From: Candidatus Latescibacterota bacterium
GTDB lineage: Bacteria; Latescibacterota; CBDEFO01
Length of the DNA: 64,000 bases
Direction: 5' to 3'
NCBI GenBank assembly: GCA_965248755.1
Contig: OZ252149.1
Location: 1,280,001 to 1,344,000, forward strand
Below are positions 20,471-29,741 of this stretch, one piece after another; positions within the stretch are counted from its first letter, which is position 1, and every line of letters begins with the position of its first letter. The notes beneath the pieces are model-generated. The model searched no databases. It was given only the letters and a program-made list of their open reading frames with translations, and was not told the origin of the DNA. The translations under genes were made by a program, and so were the position numbers.

Positions 20471-22072
20471 TCAGACACTTACATTGCGTTCCATCACCAG
20501 CAGCCAGTCGTGGCACTCCGGTGGTATCGGCGCCGTCCATACACCCTCGTCCGAAGCTTCCACCCTGCCGATGTTGACATGCTCCCCGGTGCACGGGTCG
20601 AAGTAATAAGCTTCATATGCGACGTCGGCCTCGATGCCGATGACCGGGCACGGATCCCAACACATAGGCATGTATACAATTCTCAGTTTCCCCGGAATGC
20701 CCACGGCCACGGCGCCATACGGGTCGTCTTCCGGTGCCTCATCCGACACCCAGTCACGCCGATACTGTAGCTCCCACCACGGAAATCTTCGCATGAACTG
20801 TCCACCCAGTCCGACCTGGCGGGAACCAGGCAGTTGCGCCGCTTCGCGCCAGGTCGTGTTTCCCCAGCAGCGACCATGGGGTGACGGGCCATACGGTGTT
20901 TCAAGCGTGTTCATCTGCCAGATGCCGTTGGCGCCGTATGTATGGCCGGCAGCCCCACGCAGGACGGAATGATAGAAGCAGAGGCGCTGGATGTTCTGCC
21001 AGCACCGGCCTAAGATGCCCTCGTAGTTCACTTCAGCATCTATGACCGGCATAACCGGTTCGGCATCGACCGATTCGGTAACGTTGTCGATCGTCCGCGA
21101 GACGCTCACGTAATCATTGTGCCCACTCTGAAGCATTTCGAAATCCATGAGGCTCGGATCTTCTACCTGTGCGCGCCCTGACTGGTTTGGGTGAATGGTG
21201 ATGAGATTTCGGTAGGGATCAATGTCGCGCACATAGGCCATGACCTCTGTCCAACCGCGCTTCTGCAGGGCGGCATCCGCTTCGGGCGTTTCGGAAAGGT
21301 AGTAAGGCATGATGCCTTCGCCACACATGCACCACACTGCAGGGTAGGCTCCATAACGGGCGACCAGGTAGCGCCAGAAGCGCTTGACCCGTTCCACACC
21401 GATTCTGGGCAGATAATAGCCCCACATGCCGATGATACATGACACCAGGCCCGTTTCCACAAGATGTGCAATCTTCAAATCCGCGTGGTCGTAATAGGAT
21501 GGATTTACGCTTTCAAAATCATCCGCAAATGGAAAACCCGCTTCGTTTCGCCCTCTCGGATCCCAGGCATCCATATCGGGATACGGCCCGGCAATAATCT
21601 GGATAACGTTAAAGCCTTTCCCCAGGCGATCTGCTGTGAGCTCTTTGAAACCCTGGGGCCAGTCGAGGCGAGTCGTCAGCCCCATCCACCAGGTATCACC
21701 CGTCCAGAAGAACGGCGTTCCGTCGTCGTGCTCGAAGTGCCGCCGATCACCCGCTACGCGCAATCTGCCGTGGCGCAACAAAGCGTTGTCGCCTTCATAC
21801 CGATGAACTCTGAAGGTTCCTGTCTGTCCATGGAGACCGTTATCAGTGGCGACTTTTACCTCCGTCTCGAAGGTGTAGTCACCTGGGCGGTTTCCGGCGA
21901 ACCGGGCCTTCCAGACATTGTCGCCTGCCCAGAAAGCCGGTATGCGAAGCTGCCCGCCGTCAGACGTCGTGACGAGCACATCGAGTTCCACATCGTTGTA
22001 CGGATCGTCATACCTGGAAGTCGAGGCAAAGGCAATCTCGATCACATGGTTTTGAGGCACGTCAGTTAACAT
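20471..22072 (-). CDS. DUF5060/DUF4038 apiosidase-like glycoside hydrolase
   Basis: AFWAGDNVWKARF, DGTPFFWTGDTWW, RYLVARYGAY, ITIHP, MLQSGH, GHTYGANGIW; GGAGG before ATG 22072. Confidence 0.85.
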   Translation of the reverse strand: MLTDVPQNHVIEIAFASTSRYDDPYNDVELDVLVTTSDGGQLRIPAFWAGDNVWKARFAGNRPGDYTFETEVKVATDNGLHGQTGTFRVHRYEGDNALLRHGRLRVAGDRRHFEHDDGTPFFWTGDTWWMGLTTRLDWPQGFKELTADRLGKGFNVIQIIAGPYPDMDAWDPRGRNEAGFPFADDFESVNPSYYDHADLKIAHLVETGLVSCIIGMWGYYLPRIGVERVKRFWRYLVARYGAYPAVWCMCGEGIMPYYLSETPEADAALQKRGWTEVMAYVRDIDPYRNLITIHPNQSGRAQVEDPSLMDFEMLQSGHNDYVSVSRTIDNVTESVDAEPVMPVIDAEVNYEGILGRCWQNIQRLCFYHSVLRGAAGHTYGANGIWQMNTLETPYGPSPHGRCWGNTTWREAAQLPGSRQVGLGGQFMRRFPWWELQYRRDWVSDEAPEDDPYGAVAVGIPGKLRIVYMPMCWDPCPVIGIEADVAYEAYYFDPCTGEHVNIGRVEASDEGVWTAPIPPECHDWLLVMERNVSV

Positions 22073-22096
22073 GCTTCCGATCCTCCAAACTGACAT

Positions 22097-22312
22097 TGTA
22101 GTGCTCCCCCCGGAAAGCGACATCGATTAAGCAACCTGGGGTAGCAGATAAAATTGTTTTCTCCACCCTTCTGAGGTCTTATATCCCAGGGATGAGTGGC
22201 GGCGCTTCTTGTTATAGTGATTGATCCATTGGGACACAATCCTTTTAGTACATAATCCTTTTGAGACATAATACTTTCAGCCTGTTCAAAGGACTCGAAA
22301 TTATGAAGCCAA
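22097..22312 (-). mobile_element. 3' remnant of the same IS3-family element
   Basis: Right IR TGTAGTGCTCCCC and WLHNFESFEQAE...QFYLLPQVA; stops exactly at palindrome 22313-22335. Confidence 0.85.
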
Positions 22313-22422
22313 TCCCCGATTGATTCTATCAGGGATTGGTTGTTTGTAAAGAGACTCGTCATTCAACTTCGGTGCGCTATCCGATCTATCCTAACCTTCC
22401 CCCGCCATCTGGATAATCGACG

Positions 22423-22866
22423 TTAGGGAATCTCAACGAACACACGTTGCTGCTTGACGGATACGGGATAGGTCTCAGCTGTGTACGGTCCCTTTTCCAA
22501 ACCAGGCATCGCTGCTTCTGCATCTTCGTTGGGAGCAATTTCTACGCTCACCTTGTAGCTTCGGGCGCGTATCCGTGCGGGATTCCACCACGACTGGCCC
22601 GTCTTGACATCAAACTCCCAGCCGTGCCAGGGACAGCGAAGAATTTCACCTTTACGGGTGTACCTGTACTCGCCAGGAACTCTGGATTTGAGCAAGCCTG
22701 AAAGGCGGCCTTGGCAGAGCGGACCTCCCTGGTGAGGACACTGGTTCCGAAGGGAAAAAAACTCCCCGGCGATGTTGAAAACACCGACGGATCGCCCCTC
22801 AACTTCGACAATTTTGCGCTCACCAGGCGGAATCTCGTCGAGGGTTGAAACTATATACTTTGCCAT
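22423..22866 (-). CDS. Rieske [2Fe-2S] ferredoxin
   Basis: CPHQGGPL and CPWHGWEFD. Confidence 0.92.
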   Translation of the reverse strand: MAKYIVSTLDEIPPGERKIVEVEGRSVGVFNIAGEFFSLRNQCPHQGGPLCQGRLSGLLKSRVPGEYRYTRKGEILRCPWHGWEFDVKTGQSWWNPARIRARSYKVSVEIAPNEDAEAAMPGLEKGPYTAETYPVSVKQQRVFVEIP

Positions 22867-22941
22867 AGGAGTCCTTTTCGCCAGCAGGAGCTGGATTCTA
22901 CCTATCCATCCTGACCGGTAGGCATGGCAGAAGATTCAGTT

Positions 22942-24039
22942 TTACAACCGATAGAGCGCGCGGGCATTCTCAGCCATGATCTTTCGCTTCAGTTTCGGTG
23001 CCAGTTCCACTGGAATGGCCCGGTTGGGTGAGTCAAAGTCCCAATGTGGATAGTCGGTTGCGAACATAAGCTTGTCATCTGCGTTGAGTTGTTCAAGGAG
23101 CTGTTCGAAGTACAGTCGTTTGGGTGGCTCCTCCATCGGCTGGGTGCTGTTCCAGAAGTGTTCGCGTATGTACTCGGACGGCAGCCGTCGCAAGTCCGGA
23201 ACCTCCTCCCTGAGCCGCTGCCAGCTGTGGTCGAGACGCCACATCAGCGGTGGCATCCAGGCAAAGCCCCCTTCGATCAAGGCAAATTTGAGGGTGGGAA
23301 AGCGCTCAAAGATTCCTTCGCAAACAAGGCTGATTACCTGGGCCTGAAAGGATTGCGGCATTCCTCCATGGTCCTCGATGTAGTGGGAGGGCCAACCTGC
23401 TCCAGTAATCGGACCGCCACCAGCGCCTCCGAAATGAATACCAATCGGCAGGTCGTGGCGCACGGCCGCTTCGTATAGCTTCCAATACTTACGACGTCCC
23501 AAGGGTTCACTTGTGCGTACAACCAGCAAGACTTGCACAAAGCCGGGATAATCTCCAACCCGATCAATCTCAGCAGCTGCCAACTCTCCATCTTCGTATG
23601 GAACAGTGATCGAGGCCCGCAGCCGCGGTTCCTTTTCGAGCCACTCATCGATCTGCCAGTCGTTAATCGCCTGTGATAGAGCCGCACCGTACTCCAGGTT
23701 AAGCTGCCCACCCACACCAGACAGACAGTTCAGAATACCGTATTCAATGTCCCAGGAATCTAGCAACTGTTCCTGCATAAAGCTGAGGTCCGAACCCGGT
23801 GGGAGACCAGACGGAGGCCAGGCGTCGCGCCTTGCAGCGTTAGGGACGATCCGCGGATAGTACGAACCATAATAGCCGCGCATCCCCACCATCTGGTTAT
23901 ACTTGCGCCAGCGGTCGGGCAGGTATTTGTGCAGCACCTCCTCCGAGGGCAGGGCATTATGAATATCACAGTCGATGAGGGCCACTTTTTTTGGCCTCGG
24001 TTTCTTTTTCTTTGCCCGGGCAACTAATGTACTCTCCAT
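22942..24039 (-). CDS. Amidohydrolase_2-fold protein (AibH/PtmU3-like oxygenase subunit candidate)
   Basis: IDCDIH, NDWQIDEW, GIHFGG, YIEDH, IEGGFAW, QPMEEP, FATDYPHWDFD. Confidence 0.85.
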   Translation of the reverse strand: MESTLVARAKKKKPRPKKVALIDCDIHNALPSEEVLHKYLPDRWRKYNQMVGMRGYYGSYYPRIVPNAARRDAWPPSGLPPGSDLSFMQEQLLDSWDIEYGILNCLSGVGGQLNLEYGAALSQAINDWQIDEWLEKEPRLRASITVPYEDGELAAAEIDRVGDYPGFVQVLLVVRTSEPLGRRKYWKLYEAAVRHDLPIGIHFGGAGGGPITGAGWPSHYIEDHGGMPQSFQAQVISLVCEGIFERFPTLKFALIEGGFAWMPPLMWRLDHSWQRLREEVPDLRRLPSEYIREHFWNSTQPMEEPPKRLYFEQLLEQLNADDKLMFATDYPHWDFDSPNRAIPVELAPKLKRKIMAENARALYRL

Positions 24040-24095
24040 CTTTCTTTCCTCGTTGCTTTTATCAGCTCTTGTCTACACGGTCAACTATATCAGGC

Positions 24096-25184
24096 TCAAA
24101 GCCGGTAAAATGCACGGGCATTTTCGGATAGAATCTTAGGTGCAAGCCTCTCCGGCAGCGCTACCGGAAAAGCCTCCTCGGGGATATCAAAGTGCCAGTG
24201 TGGGTAGTCCGTTGAAAACATCAGAAGTTCCTCGGAATCGAGCTGGTCAATAATCTGAAGCAGATGCTTGGGATCCGGAGGCTCATCAACTGGCTGAATC
24301 GTCAAACGGATATGCTCACGAATATACTCTGATGGGGGCCGCTTGACCCACGGTATATCACTTCGGAGCCCTTTCCACTCCTTATCAAGTCGCCACATTA
24401 GCGACGGCATCCAGGTAAAGCCCCCTTCGATAAGCGCCACCCTCAGGGTCGGAAACCGGTCAAAAACGCCTTCCACGACCAGGCTTATGACCTGCGACTG
24501 GAAAACTTGTGCCATACCGGCGTATTCCTCCAGATAAGTCGAAGGCCAACCAGCCGGCGTAGGGGGATGACCGGGAGCTCCACCAAAATGGATTCCAATC
24601 ACAAGGTCGTGGTGCACGGCGACTTCGTAGATCGGGTCATAGCGCCGATTCCCATAAGGAGCCTGAGAGCGTACCGGCAGCATCACCTGGACAAATCCCG
24701 GATGGTCTCCAAGACGCTCGATTTCGTGAGCTGCCAGCTTTGGATTCTGACTCGGGACAACGAGTGAAGCTCGCAGCCGTGGCTCCGGCTCCAGCCACTC
24801 CTCGATCTGCCAGGTGTTCAACGCAGAGGCCAGTGCCGCCGCAAGGTCTTCATTGTGTACACTCTGCACCCGATAAGCGCAGGTAAGGATGCCGTAATCT
24901 ACTTCCCAGGCTTCCAGCGCCTGCTCACGCAGCATTGCAAGGTTCGACCCCGGAGGATCACCCGAAGGCGGTGCAGTATCGGGTCGAGCTGAGGTCGGCA
25001 CTCCCCTCGGATAGTCGTTTGAATCAGGACCCATAAAGGCAGAGGTGTTGATGTAGTCGCACCAGTGGTCCGGCAGGTACGGAACGAGCGTTTTCAGGGA
25101 GGGCAGCTCATTGTGGATGTCGCAGTCGATCAATGGCCGATCTGAGCGGATAATGCCCGGTTTCGTGCCCCGTATTTCTCCCAT
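24096..25184 (-). CDS. Amidohydrolase_2-fold protein (second paralogous subunit)
   Basis: IDCDIH, GIHFGG, YLEEY, IEGGFTW, QPVDEP, FSTDYPHWHFD. Confidence 0.85.
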   Translation of the reverse strand: MGEIRGTKPGIIRSDRPLIDCDIHNELPSLKTLVPYLPDHWCDYINTSAFMGPDSNDYPRGVPTSARPDTAPPSGDPPGSNLAMLREQALEAWEVDYGILTCAYRVQSVHNEDLAAALASALNTWQIEEWLEPEPRLRASLVVPSQNPKLAAHEIERLGDHPGFVQVMLPVRSQAPYGNRRYDPIYEVAVHHDLVIGIHFGGAPGHPPTPAGWPSTYLEEYAGMAQVFQSQVISLVVEGVFDRFPTLRVALIEGGFTWMPSLMWRLDKEWKGLRSDIPWVKRPPSEYIREHIRLTIQPVDEPPDPKHLLQIIDQLDSEELLMFSTDYPHWHFDIPEEAFPVALPERLAPKILSENARAFYRL

Positions 25185-25215
25185 GGATCTATCCTCAATA
25201 TATTGCTATTTCGCA

Positions 25216-25295
25216 TATCAACCCCGCGATTTCCAAATCCGCGTAGGGGGTTCGGCGAAGGCTAGAGGCCGAAGCCGGAAATCGTCGTGTTGGGC
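25216..25295 (-). other. attC-like site
   Basis: Minus strand GCCCAAC ACGACGATTTCC ... GGAAATCGCGGG GTTGATA, about 30 nt before the amidohydrolase ATG. Confidence 0.5.
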
Positions 25296-25574
25296 GATAG
25301 CATTCCTACGATGCCATTTGAGAATATAATCTTCTCCTCTCTGTTTGTCAATACCTTCAGGGTCTGATAGTCTGCAGCTTCTCATCTAGAATTTCAGGTT
25401 CTTTGTTTATGCTCCGGGACTTCCATCAAGGATTACAACTAAAGCAGGGCTTGAAATTGCAACGAGAGAAAAGATCCGAAATGGGCAGTAGTTTCGGATA
25501 GGGAAATCACTGCACAGTTGAACTGAGATTATGTGCACAGTTCCTATTGACATCCACCATTTCATTTTGTATCT

Positions 25575-25690
25575 TCCAAGGGAGCCTTGCCAGTGAAGTC
25601 TGTCTATATCGGATGGAGACAGATGGATCCCCGATAGACTCAATCGGGGATGGATTTGTGCAGACGAGTAAGCTGGACTTGATGAGATAG
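25575..25690 (+). pseudogene. Second FlgD/T9SS-like C-terminal tail relic, carrying a palindrome insertion
   Basis: SLASEVCLYRMETDG[insert]FVQTSKLDLMR* aligns with the relic at 10900-11000. Confidence 0.6.
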
Positions 25691-25884
25691 GCCCCTTTCC
25701 ATAGGAGAAATAACCGAAGGAAATAAGACATGTCTGAATCTTTTAAGCTTTGGCTTTCCTTCACCTTGTTTATCTTTATGATTATTTCTCTGAACTTCTT
25801 GTTTTGGAAAGGTCAAGCATTCATACTGCTCCCCCAATGTGTTATTTTAAATTCATTCATTAGGTAAAGGTACTTCTTGAATTT

Positions 25885-26192
25885 TACCTTACTCTCTTGA
25901 CAGAGCGACAAATATGTTGCAAATTGGGGTTTGAGGCTTGTCCCCGAGTGATGCTATCGGGGAAAGGAGATCAACTTGTCAAGCCCCGAAGTGAAAGATG
26001 GTAAGCGCTGGACTGGGACCTGTAAGGAAGAGGTGGTGTTGGCTCTTTTCAAAGGAGCAGATGTATCAGAGGTGTGTTGGAAGAATGGAATTAGGCAGTC
26101 GCAGGCGTATGCTTGGCGTGATAGTTTCTTTAGAAGGAGGCCAGGAGAGTCTGAAGTCTCGGCGTGGTCGCAAGGATCCGAGGGAGCGGGAG
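25885..26192 (+). mobile_element. 5' remnant of the same IS3-family element
   Basis: TTGACAGAGCGACAAATAT left end and frameshifted orfA; palindrome inserted at 25941-25963. Confidence 0.85.
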
Positions 26193-26698
26193 ATCCCAGT
26201 CAGATTGTATCGGAAGGAATCACAAGGTTTGAGGACGGCAGGGTCAGTGTAGGAATCACTCACGGACAGACTCTATTTGTAGCTATGGAGTTATCTTCTG
26301 CTGTGGGTCCTTCGATAGGAGTAAATATCGCTCTTGACCCGCGCAAGAGTTGGACGTTCGATGAAATTGGAGGAGTGACACGCTGGAGACGGGGATCTGA
26401 TTTTGTGGGATTAACAGGTGATGGAGGATTTATGATACGGACTGTGACGGGGATTATGGGGGATGTGTCCAAGTTTCCTCCCGGCAGGGGAGTAACAGAC
26501 GGCGAGATTGGCACGGAGGATTTGGACTTTGTAGTGGATGTGGTTCTTAGCAGGATTTCTGAGTCTGGCGTGTCGGATGTGATATCAGGAGTGGATAAAG
26601 TAGCAAGGTTCCTTATGGATGCAGTAGACGGAAGAGGAGGAGGATCTGATGGAATAGTTAATCTTTTTGATATCCTGTTTGTTGTGGATAGACTCTAG
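26193..26698 (+). pseudogene. 3' remnant of secreted protein with dockerin-like EF-hand pair
   Basis: GDVS...DGEIGTEDLDFVVDVVL and D...SDGIVNLFDILFVVDRL. Confidence 0.45.
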
Positions 26699-26774
26699 GG
26701 ATTTAGGGAGATGGCATGTCTGAAATAGGAGTCCAGTTTTCAATGTTTTCAAATATGATAAGGAGGAGATACTC

Positions 26775-27701
26775 ATGACGCGAGAGGAAATGAAATTCCA
26801 CCTACAGGGCCCCATGGCAACCGTTCCGACCCCCTTCGACGATCAGTACGAGATCGACTACGGTCTGATGTACGAGATGACCCAGTGGTGGGTTGAGCAG
26901 GGCCTTGTAGCAGGCAAGGTGCCTATCAAAGTGGTGGCTGCGATGGGCGAGGGTCCGTCGCTTCGTGACGATGAGTGGCCTTACCTGCTGAGAACCGTCG
27001 TCAACGCGGCCAACGGCAAGGCATCTGTCCTCTGCGGCATCCAGCACAAGGACACAGTGCGGTCAATAGAAGATGCCAAGCGGGCGCAGGATATGGGAGC
27101 AGTAGGATTGCAGATTCCGCTCCCGGTATTTAATCATCCGACGCAGGACGATTTGTACCGCTACTTCGCGGCTATCTCCGATGCTGTGGACATCGGCATT
27201 ATGCTCTACAATACCTGGTGGTACGGCTGTGAGAGCATCACGACCGAGACGGTTTTGCGCATGAAGGACATTGAGAACTTGGTCGCAGTGAAGTGGACGG
27301 TTCCGGAGCCGATGGTATATGAGGACATGGCGAAGTTCTCCGACCACTATAACGTAATCTGTAACAGCAGCCGGCCGGTGGACAACCATAAGCTGGGAGG
27401 CCGCGGCTACATCAATTGGACGTCTGAGATCTATCCTCCGCACGATCTGAAGATCTGGGAACTATTGGAGGCGAAGCAGTACGATGAGGCGGGTGCGATG
27501 TATCAGAGGGTGAAATCTGCCTTGGAAGACTTCGCTAACACCTGCACCAGTTCAGGCGGACAGTCCCGGATGAAGAAGGCGCTGACGAAGGTAATGGGGC
27601 GTCCGATGGGTGATCCGCGACCGCCCTCGATGCCGCTGAGCGACGACGAGGTGGCAAGACTCCGCCAAATTTTGATAGGGTTCGGCTGGCCTGTTCCCTG
27701 A
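26775..27701 (+). CDS. DapA/NanA-family class I aldolase, copy 1
   Basis: TVPTPFD, AAMGEG, IMLYN, VAVKW, MGDPRPP. Confidence 0.88.
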   Translation: MTREEMKFHLQGPMATVPTPFDDQYEIDYGLMYEMTQWWVEQGLVAGKVPIKVVAAMGEGPSLRDDEWPYLLRTVVNAANGKASVLCGIQHKDTVRSIEDAKRAQDMGAVGLQIPLPVFNHPTQDDLYRYFAAISDAVDIGIMLYNTWWYGCESITTETVLRMKDIENLVAVKWTVPEPMVYEDMAKFSDHYNVICNSSRPVDNHKLGGRGYINWTSEIYPPHDLKIWELLEAKQYDEAGAMYQRVKSALEDFANTCTSSGGQSRMKKALTKVMGRPMGDPRPPSMPLSDDEVARLRQILIGFGWPVP

Positions 27702-27930
27702 AGCAAAGGACATTGTCCAGAGAAAAATAAAACCGCAGAGCACTCACAAAAGCGATCCCGGCTGTGAGATTTGCCAGTGCCAAGCCGGTAGAGAGGAGGT
27801 GCTGGTGGCATAGTCAATCTTTTTGATATCCTGTTTGTTGTGGATAGGCTCTAGGATTTGACGAAGATGGCATGTCTGAAAGAGTAGTCCAGGTTTTAAC
27901 GTTTTCAAATATGATAAGGAGAAGGTACTC

Positions 27931-28857
27931 ATGACGCGGGAGGAAATGAAATTCCACCTGCAGGGCCCCATGGCAACCGTTCCGACCCCCTTCGACGATC
28001 AGTACGAGATCGACTACGGTCTGATGTACGAGATGACCCAGTGGTGGGTTGAGCAGGGCCTTGTAGCAGGCAAGGTGCCTATCAAAGTGGTGGCTGCGAT
28101 GGGCGAGGGTCCGTCGCTTCGTGACGATGAGTGGCCTTACCTGCTGAGAACCGTCGTCAACGCGGCCAACGGCAAGGCATCTGTCCTCTGCGGCATCCAG
28201 CACAAGGACACAGTGCGGTCAATAGAAGATGCCAAGCGGGCGCAGGATATGGGAGCAGTAGGATTGCAGATTCCGCTCCCGGTATTTAATCATCCGACGC
28301 AGGACGATTTGTACCGCTACTTCGCGGCTATCTCCGATGCTGTGGACATCGGCGTTATGCTCTACAACACCTTCTGGTACGGCTGTGAGAGCATCACGAC
28401 CGAGACGGTTTTGCGCATGAAGGACATTGAGAACTTGGTCGCAGTGAAGTGGGAGGTGCCGGAGACAATGAAATACGAGGACATGGCGAAGTTCTCTGAC
28501 CACTATAACGTAATCTGCAACAGCAGTCGGCCGGTGGACAACCATAAGATGGGAGGCCGCGGCTATATCAATCGGACGGCTGAGGTCTACCCTCCCCACG
28601 ATCAGAAGATATGGGAACTCTTGGAGTCGAAGCAGTACGATGAGGCGGGCGCCCTGTTTGACAAGGTGAACACCGCCTTAATAGCTTTCTCTGCGTCGTG
28701 TACCAGTTCTGGTGGGCAGTCCCGGATGAAGAAGGCGCTGATGAAGGTTATGGGGCATCCTATGGGCGACCCCCGTCCGCCCTCCATGCCGATGAGCGAT
28801 GACGAGGTGGCAAGACTCCGCCAAATTCTGATAGGGTTCGAGTGGCCTGTTCCCTAA
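27931..28857 (+). CDS. DapA/NanA-family class I aldolase, copy 2 (tandem duplicate)
   Basis: Same length; first about 140 aa identical to copy 1. Confidence 0.88.
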   Translation: MTREEMKFHLQGPMATVPTPFDDQYEIDYGLMYEMTQWWVEQGLVAGKVPIKVVAAMGEGPSLRDDEWPYLLRTVVNAANGKASVLCGIQHKDTVRSIEDAKRAQDMGAVGLQIPLPVFNHPTQDDLYRYFAAISDAVDIGVMLYNTFWYGCESITTETVLRMKDIENLVAVKWEVPETMKYEDMAKFSDHYNVICNSSRPVDNHKMGGRGYINRTAEVYPPHDQKIWELLESKQYDEAGALFDKVNTALIAFSASCTSSGGQSRMKKALMKVMGHPMGDPRPPSMPMSDDEVARLRQILIGFEWPVP

Positions 28858-28977
28858 AGCTAAGGGCATTGTCCAAACGAAAACCAAAACCGCAGAAGAT
28901 GCATGAACGTTCAAACGTTAAACGCGATCTGTGCGGACAGATTTGACAGTACTAACCAGTAGAGAGGAGAGCTCCGT

Positions 28978-29640
28978 ATGAGACTGATCATAATCGGATG
29001 TGAGTATGCGGGAAAAAGCACTTTGGCGGCGCGAATCAGGGTGTGGGGTCAGGAGACGCTTGGAGGAACCATCCCCTTTCACGACCACTTCGTCTTTCCC
29101 GATGAGGATGCCAACCAAGAGGAGCAAGAACAGCTTCTGGCTCTGGTGCCATCCCTTAAAGAGAAGTATCAGCGCTACATGATCGACTACCATTTCGGTA
29201 CAGGTTTCTACAGCGACAACGATCATTGCTTGATCGGGTTTTATTACTCTGAAGCGGTCTACGCTCCGCTTTACTACGGGTACGGCGGGCCCGGCGAGTA
29301 CGCCGATCGGGTCACGATGGCTAAAGCCTTGGACCACAACGTCATGCAGATCGCTCCCGACACGGTGCTCGTGCTTTTGAGGGCGTCTCCGGAGGTGATC
29401 AGGGAACGTATGGCCGCAGATCCGGACCACAGATCAGTCCTTCAAGAGAAGGACATCGAGTTAGTCCTTAAGCGCTTTGAGGATCTCTTCGCGGCCTCAT
29501 TGATCCGAAAACAGTTTGCGCTGGAAACCACCACAGCATCCCTCGAGGAGACGTTTGCTGAGTTTCTCAGTAATATAGAGCGGTACCTCACTCAGGCCGA
29601 CCGCCTGAGGATATTGACCCACCAAAACTTGGGAGCCTAG
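28978..29640 (+). CDS. P-loop NMP-kinase-like protein
   Basis: LIIIGCEYAGKST; LVLLRASPEVIRERM. Confidence 0.7.
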   Translation: MRLIIIGCEYAGKSTLAARIRVWGQETLGGTIPFHDHFVFPDEDANQEEQEQLLALVPSLKEKYQRYMIDYHFGTGFYSDNDHCLIGFYYSEAVYAPLYYGYGGPGEYADRVTMAKALDHNVMQIAPDTVLVLLRASPEVIRERMAADPDHRSVLQEKDIELVLKRFEDLFAASLIRKQFALETTTASLEETFAEFLSNIERYLTQADRLRILTHQNLGA

Positions 29641-29741
29641 GGGGGAACCTGGGGTACGTGATGACCCCAGGGAGTTTTTCAGCTATCAGCATAGTGGGGC
29701 GGTGCGCACAAAGCACCTACGACAACAGACAAGGAGAAAAC

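Noticed and set aside
25976..26698. Novel transposase-dockerin fusion protein
   Set aside because: Chance read-through of a frameshifted orfA relic into a truncated gene
26775..28857. Diversity-generating retroelement template and variable repeat pair
   Set aside because: Both copies are full genes, differences are not adenine-specific and no reverse transcriptase is present
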